NCBI GenBank assembly: GCA_051362555.1
Contig: CM120640.1
Coordinates: 56,832,788 to 56,896,787 of the forward strand
Length of the DNA: 64,000 nucleotides
Reading direction: 5' to 3'
From: Lingula anatina
Taxonomy: Eukaryota > Animalia > Brachiopoda
Part shown: positions 51,401 to 62,600 of the stretch, piece after piece
How positions within the stretch are numbered: position 1 is the first letter of the stretch
Layout: the number at the start of each line of letters is the position of its first letter
Position numbers and translations under genes: made by a program
The notes under the pieces: generated by a model
Databases searched by the model: none
What the model saw: only the letters and a program-made list of their open reading frames with translations
What the model was told of the DNA's origin: nothing

Positions 51401-54400
51401 TGCATTTTCCTAATATTGATCACTCCTGTGATTCTCTAGACAATAGCCTATTGGTTTTCCTTGAAATGTGTTGTCAGTGTTGCATATATGCTGACAAAAG
51501 AGAAAACCTAGGGGCAACACCGGCCACATCTCTGCTAATTTTGAAGATGTGAGGGGCAAGAAAATATGCAAAGCTCAGTTCATGGTGAAAAAGTAGGTCA
51601 AAGGTCAATTTCAATATCACAGTATATGAATTTCTATTTAAGTTCAATAGTAACCATAGGCATTTCTTTGCCAATTTTGGAGATTTAAAGGGCAGAAAAC
51701 ATGCAAAAAGCAGTTCAGCATAAAAAGTAGGTCAAAGGTCAATTTCAAGGTCACAGTTAGATTGCCAGTGTATGACTTCCTATTCAAGTTAAACAGCAAC
51801 TTTGGGTGTATCTCTGCTGGTTTTGGAGATATAAAGATCAGAAAATTTGCAACGAATGTTACCAAAATTATGCAAAAAAAAAAAAAAAAAAAAACAGAAT
51901 AATTACCATAAATGTACACCAAGCATGCAGATTTTTGAAAGAATCCTGCCTCTTTACCAAACAAAAAAAAATACAGATGGGCATTTACGGGGCAAATGTC
52001 ACACAAATTGTACAAAAAAAAAAAAGAATAAATATAAACCAATCATGCTGATTCTCAAAAGAAACCTGCCTCTTTACAAAAAAAAGCCACTCAGTACATT
52101 TGAAGTAAAACAAAAATACAGCTTGGAAGTTATGTGGTGACTGTCACCAAAACTGTGCAAAAATCCAGAATAAATATAAACCAATAAAAAAATTTCTAAA
52201 GCAACCTACCAATGTACATGAATTTGCTTACCCAGGTTGCAAGTCCATGATATTCCTTGGGGCAATTCTTCCATCAACTTTAACGTCATGGAAGGTAGCT
52301 ATGTTCTTGTTTCCATCCACTGAAAATACACTTATGGATCAGAGCAACAAACACTGCCACCAGGTTTTGTACCACCAGTGGGATAAAGTGCATTAAAGGG
52401 ATAAATAGATTTATGATATTTTTTATTACTTCATTGTGTTGCAAAGATAATTGTGGTTGTAAATTAACCGAGGCAGCACACAATGTCAAGAAGTTTATGA
52501 TGTGCAAACCTTTTTTTTTTAACTTTCAACTGGAAAACAAGAACACCACAAAGGATGGCAATGTATGCCAAAAGTTATTGCAATGTGAAAAGAACCTTTG
52601 TATGTTGTGCTTCAATATTATTGTCATCCACCACACTGACACATAACCATTATAAAAATTGTGCAAACATAATGACAGCCTAGGGAATAATTACCCTAAA
52701 TGTAAACCAATTATGCCGACTTTCGAAAGCAACCTGTCTCTATACCAAACAGTGCCACTTGGTAAATTTGAAGTAAAACATAAATACGGTTTGGCAGTTA
52801 TGGGGCAAATGCCATGTGTCAGAATAACTAGAGGATCAGAGAGGCGATACTGCCTCCGAATATTGTACCACCAGCTGGAGTAAGCGCGATCGTATAGACC
52901 CCCCCACACACAAAAAAGGGACACCACCACCAGTCTTGTGCTTGACAAGCTGTAAAAAATGCAATCAACAAGAATTCTCAAAAAATGCAAAAAAATATAT
53001 AACTAAAAATGGTACAATCAAAGTTTAGTTCATAGTAAGGTAGGTCAAAGGTCAATTTCAACTTCCTATTCAACTTCAATAGTAACAATGGACCTATCTA
53101 TGCCAGTTTTGGAGATATAAGGGACTAAATGTTATAATTTTGGACTTACAATAATGTGCCATAAATTTCCTACAGAAAAAATCAATTAAAATAAAGAAAA
53201 GGTCATTTTGGTCAAAATTCTTGAAATGGGAGGTGCTCTGAAGTTCCAGATGTTCAAATTTGATGAAATAATGTCATTTTTGACCACAAGTTGTCTGCCT
53301 CGCCAAGCCGTACTGCAAATTTTGCTTTCACCACCAATATGTACTTTTTAATACAGCGTAACTCGTATGGAATACAAAAAAACAGAGACCACTTCCAGTG
53401 TTGGGCTTTACATGCTCTACAAAATGCAAAAAAGAATGGGTCTCTACCATTAACGGTTCCCAAATTAGAGACAGTGTTCAGTTTCGGTATCTTATGGCCG
53501 CTACTCCCGTGAAAATGCACCGATTGACCCAAAATTCACGGAGATGAAAGATGACATGAAGGGTAACACTTTCCAATAATATTATTGGTTAAGTCTGTGT
53601 GGTGTCTGAATAACAGCGCAAATAATTTTTTTTCGTAAAAAAATTTGTTTTTTTGAAAATTTTGGCCCGTTTGACCTTGAAATAAAGGTCAAAGGTCAAA
53701 TCCAAGGGCATATTTGAAATCTACACATATGACGTTTGGAAAGCCGTCTGTAGAAAATTTTCCCATAATTCCTTCCGTAGGGTAGATAATTAGCATTTAT
53801 TTGGCCATTTTTGGACAAGGGTGCATTGCAATGAGTGCCACACCTAGACCCCAATACCGACAAAGCCCAAATTTTACGTGGAACGAGTTGAGATTATAGG
53901 TGACCTAAATCCAAGAGATGGGTATGGAGGCCCTTACCGTCTAGGAGGAGAAGCGGTAACGGTAACATGCCGGCGGAGCCGCAGGAGCCCGCGGAACGAT
54001 CCGGACAGGACTAAAACCATGTGTACCGTAAATGTGAACCATTCATACCAATTTCGTTTACCAAACAAAGCCACTCAGTAAATTTAAAGTTAAGTTCAAA
54101 AATACAGTTTGCAAGTTATGGTGTGAAAATCACCAAAATTGTGAAAAAAAAAACAAAAAAAAGAGTATTTTACCACCAGCTGGAGTAAGTGCATTTATAT
54201 AGAAAACAAAAAAGGGACATCACCTCCAGTGTTGTGATTGAGAAGTTCTACAAAATGCAGTAAACAAGAGTTATTATTTTTTTCTTGTCGTACAATTTAT
54301 AACAAAATCATGGAGAAAAGTATAATGTCAAATCCAAATTTGTGAAGTGCGGTTCATGACGCAAAGTAGGTCAAAGGCCAAATTCAAAGTCACAGGAAAA

Positions 54401-56517
54401 CTGTCAATATATGACTGTCAGTATTCAAGTTTAATAGTAGCTATGGGCATATCTCAGTTTTGGAGATATAAGGGATAGAAAAGTTGCAAAGTTCAGTTCA
54501 TGGTGAAAAGTAGGTCAAAGTTCAATTTCAAGGTCAAAGCTCATTTGCAAGTATATGACTTCCTATTCAAATTCAGTAGTAACTATAGGTGTATCTCTGC
54601 CAGTTTTGGAGATGAGGGACAAAAAAGTTGCAAAGTTCATTTCATGATGAAAAGTAGGTTCAAGGTCACAGATTGCCAATATATAACTTTTTATTCAAGT
54701 TCAATAGTGCAGGGGCGAATTTAGGCCCCTTGAAAATCTGAAGACAGTCAGATTTTCAAGTTTACATTGACAGGTATCTAATTTTTCTGTTGGAAGATGG
54801 TCAAAATTGGAGGATGGATCAACAAAGATAATTAGGAAAACTGTCAGAAAATAGCTCTGAATCTGCCGCTGTAGTAACTCTTTGCTAATTTTGAATTAAC
54901 GGTTATGTGCCATGAATTTTGAACAAAATAAATTAATTGAAAAAACAAAAAGATTGTTTTGAAATTCATGAAATTGGAGATGCTCAGACATTCCAGATGT
55001 TTGAATTTCATGAAATTCTGTCATTTTTGACTGGATGTTGTCTGTCCCTCACTAAGCCTTATGTTATCTTTTCCCGACGTTCCAAATTCATGGCAAATTA
55101 CCATATTTCACATTTTATTTTCACTACCACATTGCACATTTTGATATAGCGCAACTCATAAACCGTATGGAAAAAAAATGGATACCACCTCCAGTATTGC
55201 ACTTGACAAGCTTTAGAAAATGCAAAAAAAAACAAGGTTTCCAGCATTTACCATTCCAGAATTGGAGAGAGTTTTCAGTTTCGGCATCAAATGGCTGCTT
55301 CTACTGTTAAAATGCACTGATTGACTCCAAACTCCCAAAGTTGAATGAAGTCCATAATTGTGACCCCTGACTATAGTATGAAAGCTGAAGTCTCTGTAGT
55401 TTCTGAAAATTGGCACAAACAAATATTTTTTTGCAGAAAATTATCATTTTTAGAAAATTATGGGCCATTTGACCTTGAAATAAAGTCAAATCCAAGGGCA
55501 TATTTGGAATCCTACATATGAGAAGCGGAAATGGCGACTTGTATCCCATGCCATCCTGCAAAGTCACAGGAACCGGCGGAGACAGGTCGGGACTAAAACC
55601 ATGAGTACCACCAGCACACACGCTGGTGGTACTAATAAGGGTCTTCTGGTAAATTAATCCCTTAAACAAATATGAAAATTGCCTTCATGTCTCCTTAGGA
55701 TCTCTAACCATCTCCCCCTGACCATATGAAAATTGCCACCTAGTAAAGCTCCAATTGCTGAAGCCTAGATAAAAATTTGATATGGACGCCTTGCAATGAA
55801 TTGTATAAATTTTTTTCTGTGTGATTAACATGACACAGTATGTAAATGGCTACAGGCTATTGCAAGAATGTTTACATTACATGCTGGTGCTGTGCCATTT
55901 TGCTGACAGGGATGCTAAAAGGGATGGTATGGAGCCCCTTCAGTCTCAGTGCAATTGCCGCATCCTTTACGTGTGGCTTCCTTGAAGATCAACACGTTGT
56001 TGGCACAAATCCCTACCATATTCACACCCATCGGCTTCAAATCTGTGCATGTGACTGATACTAGTTTTAAACATCTTAACCATTGTCATGCCTCGTTAAC
56101 CCACCGAAAAAAGGTAGAAGGAAATGAGGCCAACAACAAACATTATCAAAATCAATGCAAGTCTACCAAACAATGTCCAGACAGGAACTGTGCAATGCCA
56201 TCTATGTTAATGCTTGAAAATGGGTAGTGTGGTCCAATCTACCGGTGAATTCAGGATCATTAAATGCTCAGTCTGGTAGTTGCTATAGTTAACTGCTTAG
56301 TTAACTGCTTATAATTGTCAAAATGATTATCAGAGAGCATCTTAATGTTACATTTTTAGTTTTTTATTTCACAATATGTCTGATCAATCACTGTATCTGC
56401 ACTATTTTTACATACCTGTTCTATTGTTAGCCAAAGTGAACGTATAAAATGAATCATCATTTCCTGGATTTCTGACTACACTGGCAAGGCTCCCTAGTAT
56501 TATTACTTTGTTTATAC
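35645..56517 (-). CDS. Divergent single-stranded DNA-binding protein (SSB OB-fold, SSBP1/mtSSB-like), spliced; 5' exons not resolved
   Basis: Exons 56517-56416, 52319-52232, 40942-40851 and 35730-35645 have GT-AG sites and join in phases 1,2,1. They give 122 aa: GINKVIILGSLASVVRNPGNDDSFYTFTLANNRTVDGNKNIATFHDVKVDGRIAPRNIMDLQPGTKIYVEGKLNYREIEHRDSNAMVETAYIYVDRMVPMWTGLRDQATRSEEFSEEEEEEN*. NKVIILG, FTLA and G-x-KIYVEGKLNY are SSB-family motifs. Confidence 0.82.
36208..36780 (-). mobile_element. HINE family 2 3' part
   Basis: Near-identical to 47973-48540. Confidence 0.8.
36810..37470. repeat. Degenerate ~150-bp tandem array with poly-C/poly-G tracts
   Basis: Recurring cccaacccc / ctgatgatagg(g/t)ctatcaat motifs near 36815, 36961, 37140, 37267 and 37450. 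Confidence 0.5.
37471..38400 (-). mobile_element. Decayed hAT (ZNF862/C17orf113-type) transposase fragment
   Basis: Minus-strand pieces YDQQQHKSFC and GQSLSKLQLDERDCLTLLFRNAHVIAKSNR resemble the N-terminal region of these transposases. CAG-type end at 37471. Confidence 0.5.
38402..39728 (+). mobile_element. hAT deletion derivative with 13-bp TIRs and 6-bp TSD
   Basis: AGAGCA|CAGGGAGGGAAAT ... ATTTCCCTCCCTG|AGAGCA. The internal ORF start MWRFLPGVAKPPEPVKRK...KKRERGYLP (39033) resembles a hAT transposase N-terminus. Confidence 0.8.
40455..40771. mobile_element. hAT-like MITE (same family as 21098-21373)
   Basis: TIRs of about 110 bp starting CAGGCCTACCCAACTACCAGACTCGGCACCGAATGATCCTGAATTCAC. 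Flanks actct/acttt. A partial third copy lies at about 56212-56282. Confidence 0.85.
40851..40942 (-). CDS. SSB-like exon (TKIYVEGKLNY...AYIYV)
   Basis: ttcttctag acceptor, GTAAGA donor, canonical SSB IYVEGKL motif. Confidence 0.85.
41134..41352. mobile_element. Tourist-like MITE (diverged relative of 29520-29734)
   Basis: Similar tagatc(a/g)atc internal motifs and tta/taa flanks. Absent at the homologous site in the family-2 copies (36371-36400, 48135-48165). Confidence 0.7.
41483..42408. mobile_element. TIR element inserted in a (TA)n microsatellite
   Basis: TCATTCTTTGCTAGTGGT ... ACCACTAACAAAGAATGA(CTG), flanked on both sides by long TA runs (41448-41482, 42409-42461). Confidence 0.75.
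43490..46674 (-). mobile_element. Full-length HINE family 1 (non-autonomous Helentron-like) with internal satellite
   Basis: 15-bp subTIRs tattgtaccaccagc (43525-43539) / gctggtggtacaata (46660-46674). 3' stem-loop gaggcg-atac-cgcctc next to a CTAGT terminus. 5' hairpin taccgccagcg-ctaa-cgctggtggta. Confidence 0.85.
43696..45700. repeat. 146-bp tandem array, ~13.7 copies
   Basis: Unit starts at 43839, 43985, 44131, 44277, 44423, 44569, 44715, 44861, 45007, 45153, 45299, 45445 and 45591. Confidence 0.97.
46794..46876. repeat. 43-bp-period direct duplication
   Basis: acttgaaaattaattaagcaaattacttaataaccctgaa occurs twice. Confidence 0.9.
47973..50863 (-). mobile_element. HINE family 2 with ~160-bp internal repeats, (CGGCGA)n tract and duplicated 5' end
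   Basis: 3' end aacaaggcagcaaagctgtcaaatgtacagac. Palindromic ends tatgtacagacaca-tc-tgtgtctgtacata at 50145-50174 and 50834-50863. gattttcgaa-type motif at 49651, 49811, 49970, 50213, 50374, 50535 and 50696. Confidence 0.8.
51225..51860 (-). mobile_element. Degenerate HINE family 1/2 mosaic
   Basis: Family-1 3' motifs (gctggagtaag, gggacaccaccaccag), two decayed 146-bp units and a family-2 piece. Confidence 0.6.
52232..52319 (-). CDS. SSB-like exon (VDGNKNIATFHDVKV...LQPG)
   Basis: ttttcag acceptor, GTAAGC donor, 88 nt, phase 1-2. TFHDVKV aligns with SSB TxWHRI/V. Confidence 0.78.
52826..54028 (-). mobile_element. HINE family 1 copy with the array collapsed to one partial unit
   Basis: Colinear with 43490-46674 on both flanks, but only about 80 bp of unit at 53040-53125. 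Confidence 0.85.
54166..55637 (-). mobile_element. Older HINE family 1 copy with ~2.5 units
   Basis: taccaccagctggag start, decayed units, ends cacacgctggtggtactaata. Confidence 0.75.
54710..54871. mobile_element. Small hAT-like MITE inserted in a HINE unit
   Basis: CAGGGGCGAATT ... AATCTGCCGCTG with tagtg/tagta flanks, splitting the unit motif caatagtaact. Confidence 0.65.
56416..56517 (-). CDS. SSB-like exon (INKVIILG...FTLANNRT)
   Basis: ttttctgcag acceptor, GTATG donor, SSB beta-1 motif. Confidence 0.8.
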
Positions 56518-56729
56518 CTGCAGAAAAAAGTAGTGAGAGGTTCTTCACAAAAGTGACAATACTATTTATTACTATATATCTGAGAATTGTAACATACATT
56601 TTCAGGCAGCTTTTATACTACTATAAAAATTTACACAAACTTTATACTGTGTTTGTTTATTTATTTATTTTATTTATTTATTTGTTATTTTTTTCATAGC
56701 CAAAATCCTTTTAAATAAATTATTCTTAA

Positions 56730-57708
56730 AGCGGCATACAAAGCAGTTTTAGTTGGAAATTATTCATAAAAACAGCACTTTCACAGCATCAAACACTTCA
56801 AATAAACAAGATCTATTTCAAATTTAACATCTAACATGCACCAAGTGCATAAAAATTAAGAACTAAAATCGCATTTACATCCTGCGATTGAAATGTACCT
56901 TGTATGTTATGTGACTCAGATACTAGCATATGAATGAATGTGCGGGAAGAAGTGTGGGAAAACTGAACAACCTACTTTCCATCAGTGAAGGTCAAGTGAG
57001 CAGTCGTACCAGAAAGAAAAAACTTTTTAGCACCTAAGAGGAATAAAAAGCAGAAGGAAGCACAACACAAAACTTGCACAAATAAAAGTAGGATTATAAT
57101 AGACAGGGCAATGGCATGTCAACAGAGATAAATAAGACGTTTAACGTTCAAAAACCTTGCACTGAGACAACATCGAATGATGCAATGGCCACACTGGTTA
57201 GGAAGCCCTAATAGTATAAGAAGTATAAGGTGCACACGCAGTGAAGATATTGTGCTCACGCAAACTTTTTTTGAAGACAGCAGAGCAGAAAACTGAACAC
57301 GAAGAACAGACAAAAACCAAAGTTAACACTGTGTTTTGACGAATAATATACTGACACTCAATGAAAAGTAAAAAGGCATCAGAAAACTGGAAGAGTGACT
57401 GCAGACCCTTTAGATGCTGGAGGCTGGGCGGAACCAAAGAGATTTGATCACGTGACCTAGCATTTTGATGATCTTTTCTGACCTTGATTCCACCATGTGT
57501 GACTGAATAATGGGTCATATTTCACAAAAAAACTGTTATTTTCTTATTGTGCCAAAGGAACTTAAAATATTATTTGATAAATAAATTATGCGTTTTCATT
57601 GACTGTCAGTATATATACATCTAACGGTGACGATTATTTAAAATAAACAATCTTATATCATCTCAACAACAATGATAGCACCCCCCCCCCCTTGGTTTGT
57701 ATGCCGCT
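56730..57708. mobile_element. Kolobok-like non-autonomous transposon with TTAA TSD
   Basis: TTAA|AGCGGCATACAAA ... TTTGTATGCCGCT|TTAA. Confidence 0.8.
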
Positions 57709-57809
57709 TTAATATACTTTACCCAAGATTGATGTTCTGCAATATAATATTGCACTAGACAGCACAGCTGGCTAATAAATGAAATTTACTTGCCAAGTAA
57801 ACTAAAAAT

Positions 57810-58180
57810 AAAGCAGCAAAGCTGTCAAATGTACAGACAAAAAGCAGAAAGTACCGCCAGAGTATACACTGGTGGTACTAATAATGCACAAAATAGGCTA
57901 CTGTAAATTCTGATGCACAAATATCTTATGCTTAACTGCAAAGTCAACCTCAAATTTTAATTATGCACAACAGGTAATACCAATAAAAGTAAAAACACAA
58001 AGCTTTAGGCCCATGATAATTCAAAAGCTTACTTTTAACAAAAAAAACTATATAACTTCCAGAAAAATTAACCAATAAGAAAGATTTTCCAATTGAAGCT
58101 GTATTATAGTTCTATGTTTCTTTCTTTCTTGGAAGTCTGAGAAGAGTATGTGACATAGTTTTCCTTTAATGGTCACTTGG
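57810..58180 (-). mobile_element. HINE family 2 3' fragment carrying a 30-bp family-1 terminal hairpin
   Basis: aagcagcaaagctgtcaaatgtacagac end, with gtaccgccagagtatacactggtggtacta inserted at about 57851-57880. Confidence 0.7.
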
Positions 58181-58358
58181 ACATAATAATAATTTAACAT
58201 TTCTTTAGTAAATGTTACTAAATCAATCTACATGTCTTTTCTTTAAACATTAAACATCTTTAAAAGTATCATCCTCAGATGTATTTTACAAATCACAGGT
58301 AATGAAATACAAGTATTTCTCATTTGCCACACCTGTAAGTATCATAATATGTGCCTAG

Positions 58359-58573
58359 GACCCCATTCCCAGAGATCAGATCAGTCCAAACTAGATCGAT
58401 CTAACTCCCTGGGGGTTCACGCTAAATAGCTGTCAGCCGAGCGGGCACGAAAGTTAATTACCCCCTTACAGCTTGTAGTAGGTGGGACGGGCATTTAATC
58501 TGGATTATCTGACAGTAATCTAGTGAGACTCCCCACAGGGATAGATCGATCTAAAATCTATGGGAATACGCCC
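58359..58573. mobile_element. Tourist-like MITE, inverted copy of 29520-29734
   Basis: Reverse-complement match over the full length. Confidence 0.85.
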
Positions 58574-58642
58574 TTGATCTAAGACATACCCTGCACATGC
58601 CATACAAACAAACTGGCAGCTTGGCCAATTAACTTAGTCATT

Positions 58643-59600
58643 TAAGGCCACTAATAGGGTAAACTAGGCTTAAAATCATGTTTTTGAGTTTTTTATGTGT
58701 TTATACTAATCAAAAAAGTATCTAACGTTGGATGTAATAATTTTTTTTTTAATTTGCACTGCAAAATGAGTTTTTCAACTGGCACACGCCCCAGTCAGGC
58801 TGATGACTAAGCCACGCCTCTGTTGCTAAGGGCCGTTGCCATGAGGGGCGGAGCATAGTTAATGAATTATAAGCCGATTACTTGTGCGGTAATAGATCAT
58901 AAGTCATCAGCTAAGCAAGTTCGTGTAAAAAAATACATTTCCAGAGGAAAGAAAGAAAGAAAAATTTTGAAAGAGAGTATGGGCAGTGGTTGGGGAAAAC
59001 CGGTATTCGTTCAGTCGGATGATGAGAGAGAGAATCTACATGGAGTGAGCGCTCATAAGATTCTGAAGGATCTTGAACAGTTGTCGGAATCCTCTGACAG
59101 TGATCGTGAGGAAGAAACAGTAGCTACTAGGTACAGACTTTGGCACAGTGGACAGTTGTAAGAAAAATCGATAACAAAAAAAACATACGCTAGAAACGAT
59201 GCTAGATCTTAATTTTGGCGATATATATCGGCCCGTGTATCTGTGACACGTTACGAAACTGGAAATGATTGTTGGTCGCCGTTTGCAAAGGGTACTTAAT
59301 CAGCTATAAAATGCAACAGAAAATCTAGTGATAATAACTCTAATGTTGACAAAATAAAGTTTTCTTCTACGAGATATGATATTATGGAGCTTGAGAGACA
59401 CGCGAAAAAATTGTGATGTGAATGGCCAAATGAGAGAAAGTCAAGCGAGGGTTGACAGCGTAGTTAAAAAAATAATGTTAGCGGGTTTGCAAGACAGGAG
59501 CACCACAACCATTTCATCTACTTTTCTCAGTGGGCATTTTTCTCTGCGTGCAAGTTATTTAAAATTGATTAATTGCTTACTCAATGTAATAAAATAGTTA
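58643..59600 (+). mobile_element. Probable TTAA-type (Kolobok-like) element left end with promoter-like motifs
   Basis: Starts TTAA|GGCCAC. A diverged second copy of the first ~230 bp lies near 62848-62990. Right end not found. Confidence 0.35.
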
Positions 59601-62600
59601 TGCTCTATTTTTTTTCCAAATGTATCACTGATGAACTTGTTTTATGTAATACTTTAGTTGTAGCTTGAACTTGGCAGGAAAATCTTGATCTGGGTGACAG
59701 TCAAGTTTCATTGTTGCTTCCTGTTATCAGAGTCCTGTTCAAAACTGCTAAATGTTCCCTATGGCAGAACTGATCTTTACTCAAGGTTGGACAAAGCACC
59801 ACCACAATATGAGATCTATATTTCACAATAAAAACATTGCGAACAACTCGTAGAAATATAATATATTGTTTTACCATAAAAACGGCAGTTATAGCTATTA
59901 TTTTGATATCTGAGCTTGCCTTCAGACCATGTGACCTCCATTGATAGCTATACTCTTAAGAGATTTAAACAAAAAACCAAACTTTTTAGAAAAAAAAACA
60001 GGAACTAACTTCGAATGTGAAAATGGATTCATTAACCATTGGTAAGTAGGGGAAAATTGTTGTTTACTTCAGGAAAATCCATTTTTTGGCAAAAACGAAG
60101 AGTTAATATTCCTTAAATCAACAATATCATGTTGGCCTAAATACGGGGAGTGATCTCGTATTAGACGCAATCCACAGTAAAATGCCGACGAAACTTTAAC
60201 ATGCTTCAAAAGATACGAATAGATACTTTTTTACAATCAACACGTTCGTGGTTTCAAAACTCACCCACACTCTGTCATTTTATTCAAAAGCCCTCTCTCA
60301 GCCACTTTTATTGCTGATTCTTGTGCAGCTGAGCGTCTCCCTATAAACCGCTCTAAAGTAATCACTGGATTTTTCCGTTGATCTGACAATTACCCAGTGC
60401 TGTGCAAAATAATCCTGCAGGGTAACCTGTCAAAAACTCGTATTAACACAAGTGCCGGCCACTTGCTCTCGACAGTTTTATCTGATCAATTTGCCAATAT
60501 CAGAGAGGGAATCTCCCAGGTAAAATTACTCGATTGCCAAGGTAGGCCCACTGAAACATTCAAATGCAACTTCACACCTCTTAATTGCAGTTACACGTAA
60601 TCGCCTTTGTTAGCTCTTCCTTCTACATATCCTTGACACCCTACTAGGGCCCTCTCCAGAGCTGTCAATCAAAATGGCGGCACGCTTCCAAGGCTAACGC
60701 GTGATCGGAAAATGTAACAAAAGCCTTTGACATGTACAGTTCACAAAAGTGTTGATGTCAACTTTGATAAGAGAACTTAAAAGGTATTACGGGTTCATTT
60801 TTGTTTGTCACAAATGCATGTGTGGTGCCATATTGCAACGAGAGCAGATATTGAGAGCAAAAAAAAAAAAATTTAAATTATCATTCCAAAAATAGAGCAG
60901 ACTTAAACAAGTAGCATGAATCTATATATAAAGTGCACAGCACTGCTGACATCATCTTTATTTAAAAGGTACATAAAAAATACCAGCCTTAAAGAAATGT
61001 CAGCGAGCCTAAGAAATAGGAAAGAAATTGCATAATTTTAATTCAAAACACGATTTAAGGTTTCATTATTGCCGCATCTCAGGCTAATTTCTCACATAGA
61101 GAATAAATTTCGACACTAGAAATATTTTTTTATCGGATCATAGCTAAAAACAAGTATGCTACACTATAATTATACAATTTTAAACGGTCATTTTACGGAA
61201 ACAAACAAGATTGCATTTACCACATAGGGCATTTTGAATTCCCCCATGAACAAAACTATCAAATACTCACATAGCTGCCAAATTAATAGTACAAATTGTA
61301 CTTGTACTTAATCTCTATAAGTTTATTGTCTCATCCACCTAAAAGACTGCCTCATGTTATCGCCATCTATCTGTCCAAATGACACAAAAAGTCATCAACA
61401 ACCGCGATATGCTCGCTACCTGTACGGGAGGTCATGTGATCCGAACGCACATGGTTTCATGAAGAGCTCGCGCTAAGCCAATTATCCTTCGATCTTGCTC
61501 CTCGTTTCTAGACCATTCATTATTATGTCCAAGATTAAGCTGATGGCAAGTAAATTGATGGTGTCTTTATGGGAATAGAGTTTTGGACTGCTAACACAAC
61601 TGGAATATGTCAGGCAAAACTGAAATCCTCAAATTCATAGTAGTACTTATATATTACAGAAAACGAGCATTTGTTGGAGACAGCCGGCTGTAAATACTAG
61701 TCAACTGAATGGTGTGACACCTTTTTTTTAAAGAAATATGAGCAATTCAGTCAGTTATGGTACAATGTATTTCATGTGTAGATGTAAAGCTGCATTTAAG
61801 GTAACAATATACAAGAATTTAAATGAGATTAAAGAATGTTTGTGTAAAATGAAAACAGCTGAACCATTATTTCAGCCTATTCATTATCATTATTTTAACA
61901 AGGCAAGCTTGACAAGGCAATGATTAACACTTAATTCATGTTTACCTGGGAGAAAATTGTAAAAAATAGTGCTGGTCATTCTCTTCTTAGCCAAGATTTG
62001 GTTCATTAGCTAGGGTAGGGTAAATCTCAAAAATTTTCAATAACAGGCGATTTCTGAGGCAAAATTTGGAGCTAACACAAATCTGACAACCATTTATCTC
62101 TATGACAAATTATTTAGGTTGGTAAATTGAATTACATCAATTATAAGGTTCATGGCTACAATAATAACAACAGCATAGGTTATGGTTATATGTGCAGACA
62201 CACCGTGTCTGTACATAAAAACTGGTGCAAGGTCAGCACTTAATAAAGTACGATAATGACTCAATCTTTTCAATGGGGAAAAATTGTGAATTTTGCAGAT
62301 ACTGTTTAAGTAAGAATTTCTTAAAATAAGAGCATTCCTATTGAGCAATGAAAACTGAAACGCATACTACCTTATAGTTCTATTCCATGCATTAAAAGCA
62401 TCACAAATGCTATACAAAAATATAATTTTTATGATTTAAAAATGATATATCTGAAAGTTTGATATTTTTGCCCATTGAAAAGATCGAGTCATTACCATAT
62501 ACTGTTCTTCAGAATTTTAAGAAATACAACAAACAGATGTTTATTTACCAAAAAATCTAGGTTTGTCAACTGGAGTGATTACAACATGTTTCCCTCTTGA

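Noticed and set aside
50006-52140. Low-complexity or hydrophobic ORFs (SPSPSP, VAVAV, poly-K/F)
   Set aside because: They derive from (CGGCGA)n and poly-A tracts in HINE sequence.
57119-57518. ORFs with a CGHC...CC motif as SSB leader or Kolobok accessory gene
   Set aside because: They lie inside the TTAA-flanked element, lack suitable splice sites, and the similarity is too weak to call.
58200-58333. Possible SSB exon (cag|VWQMRNTCISLPVICK...)
   Set aside because: Good acceptor, but stops in all frames before a usable phase-1 donor.
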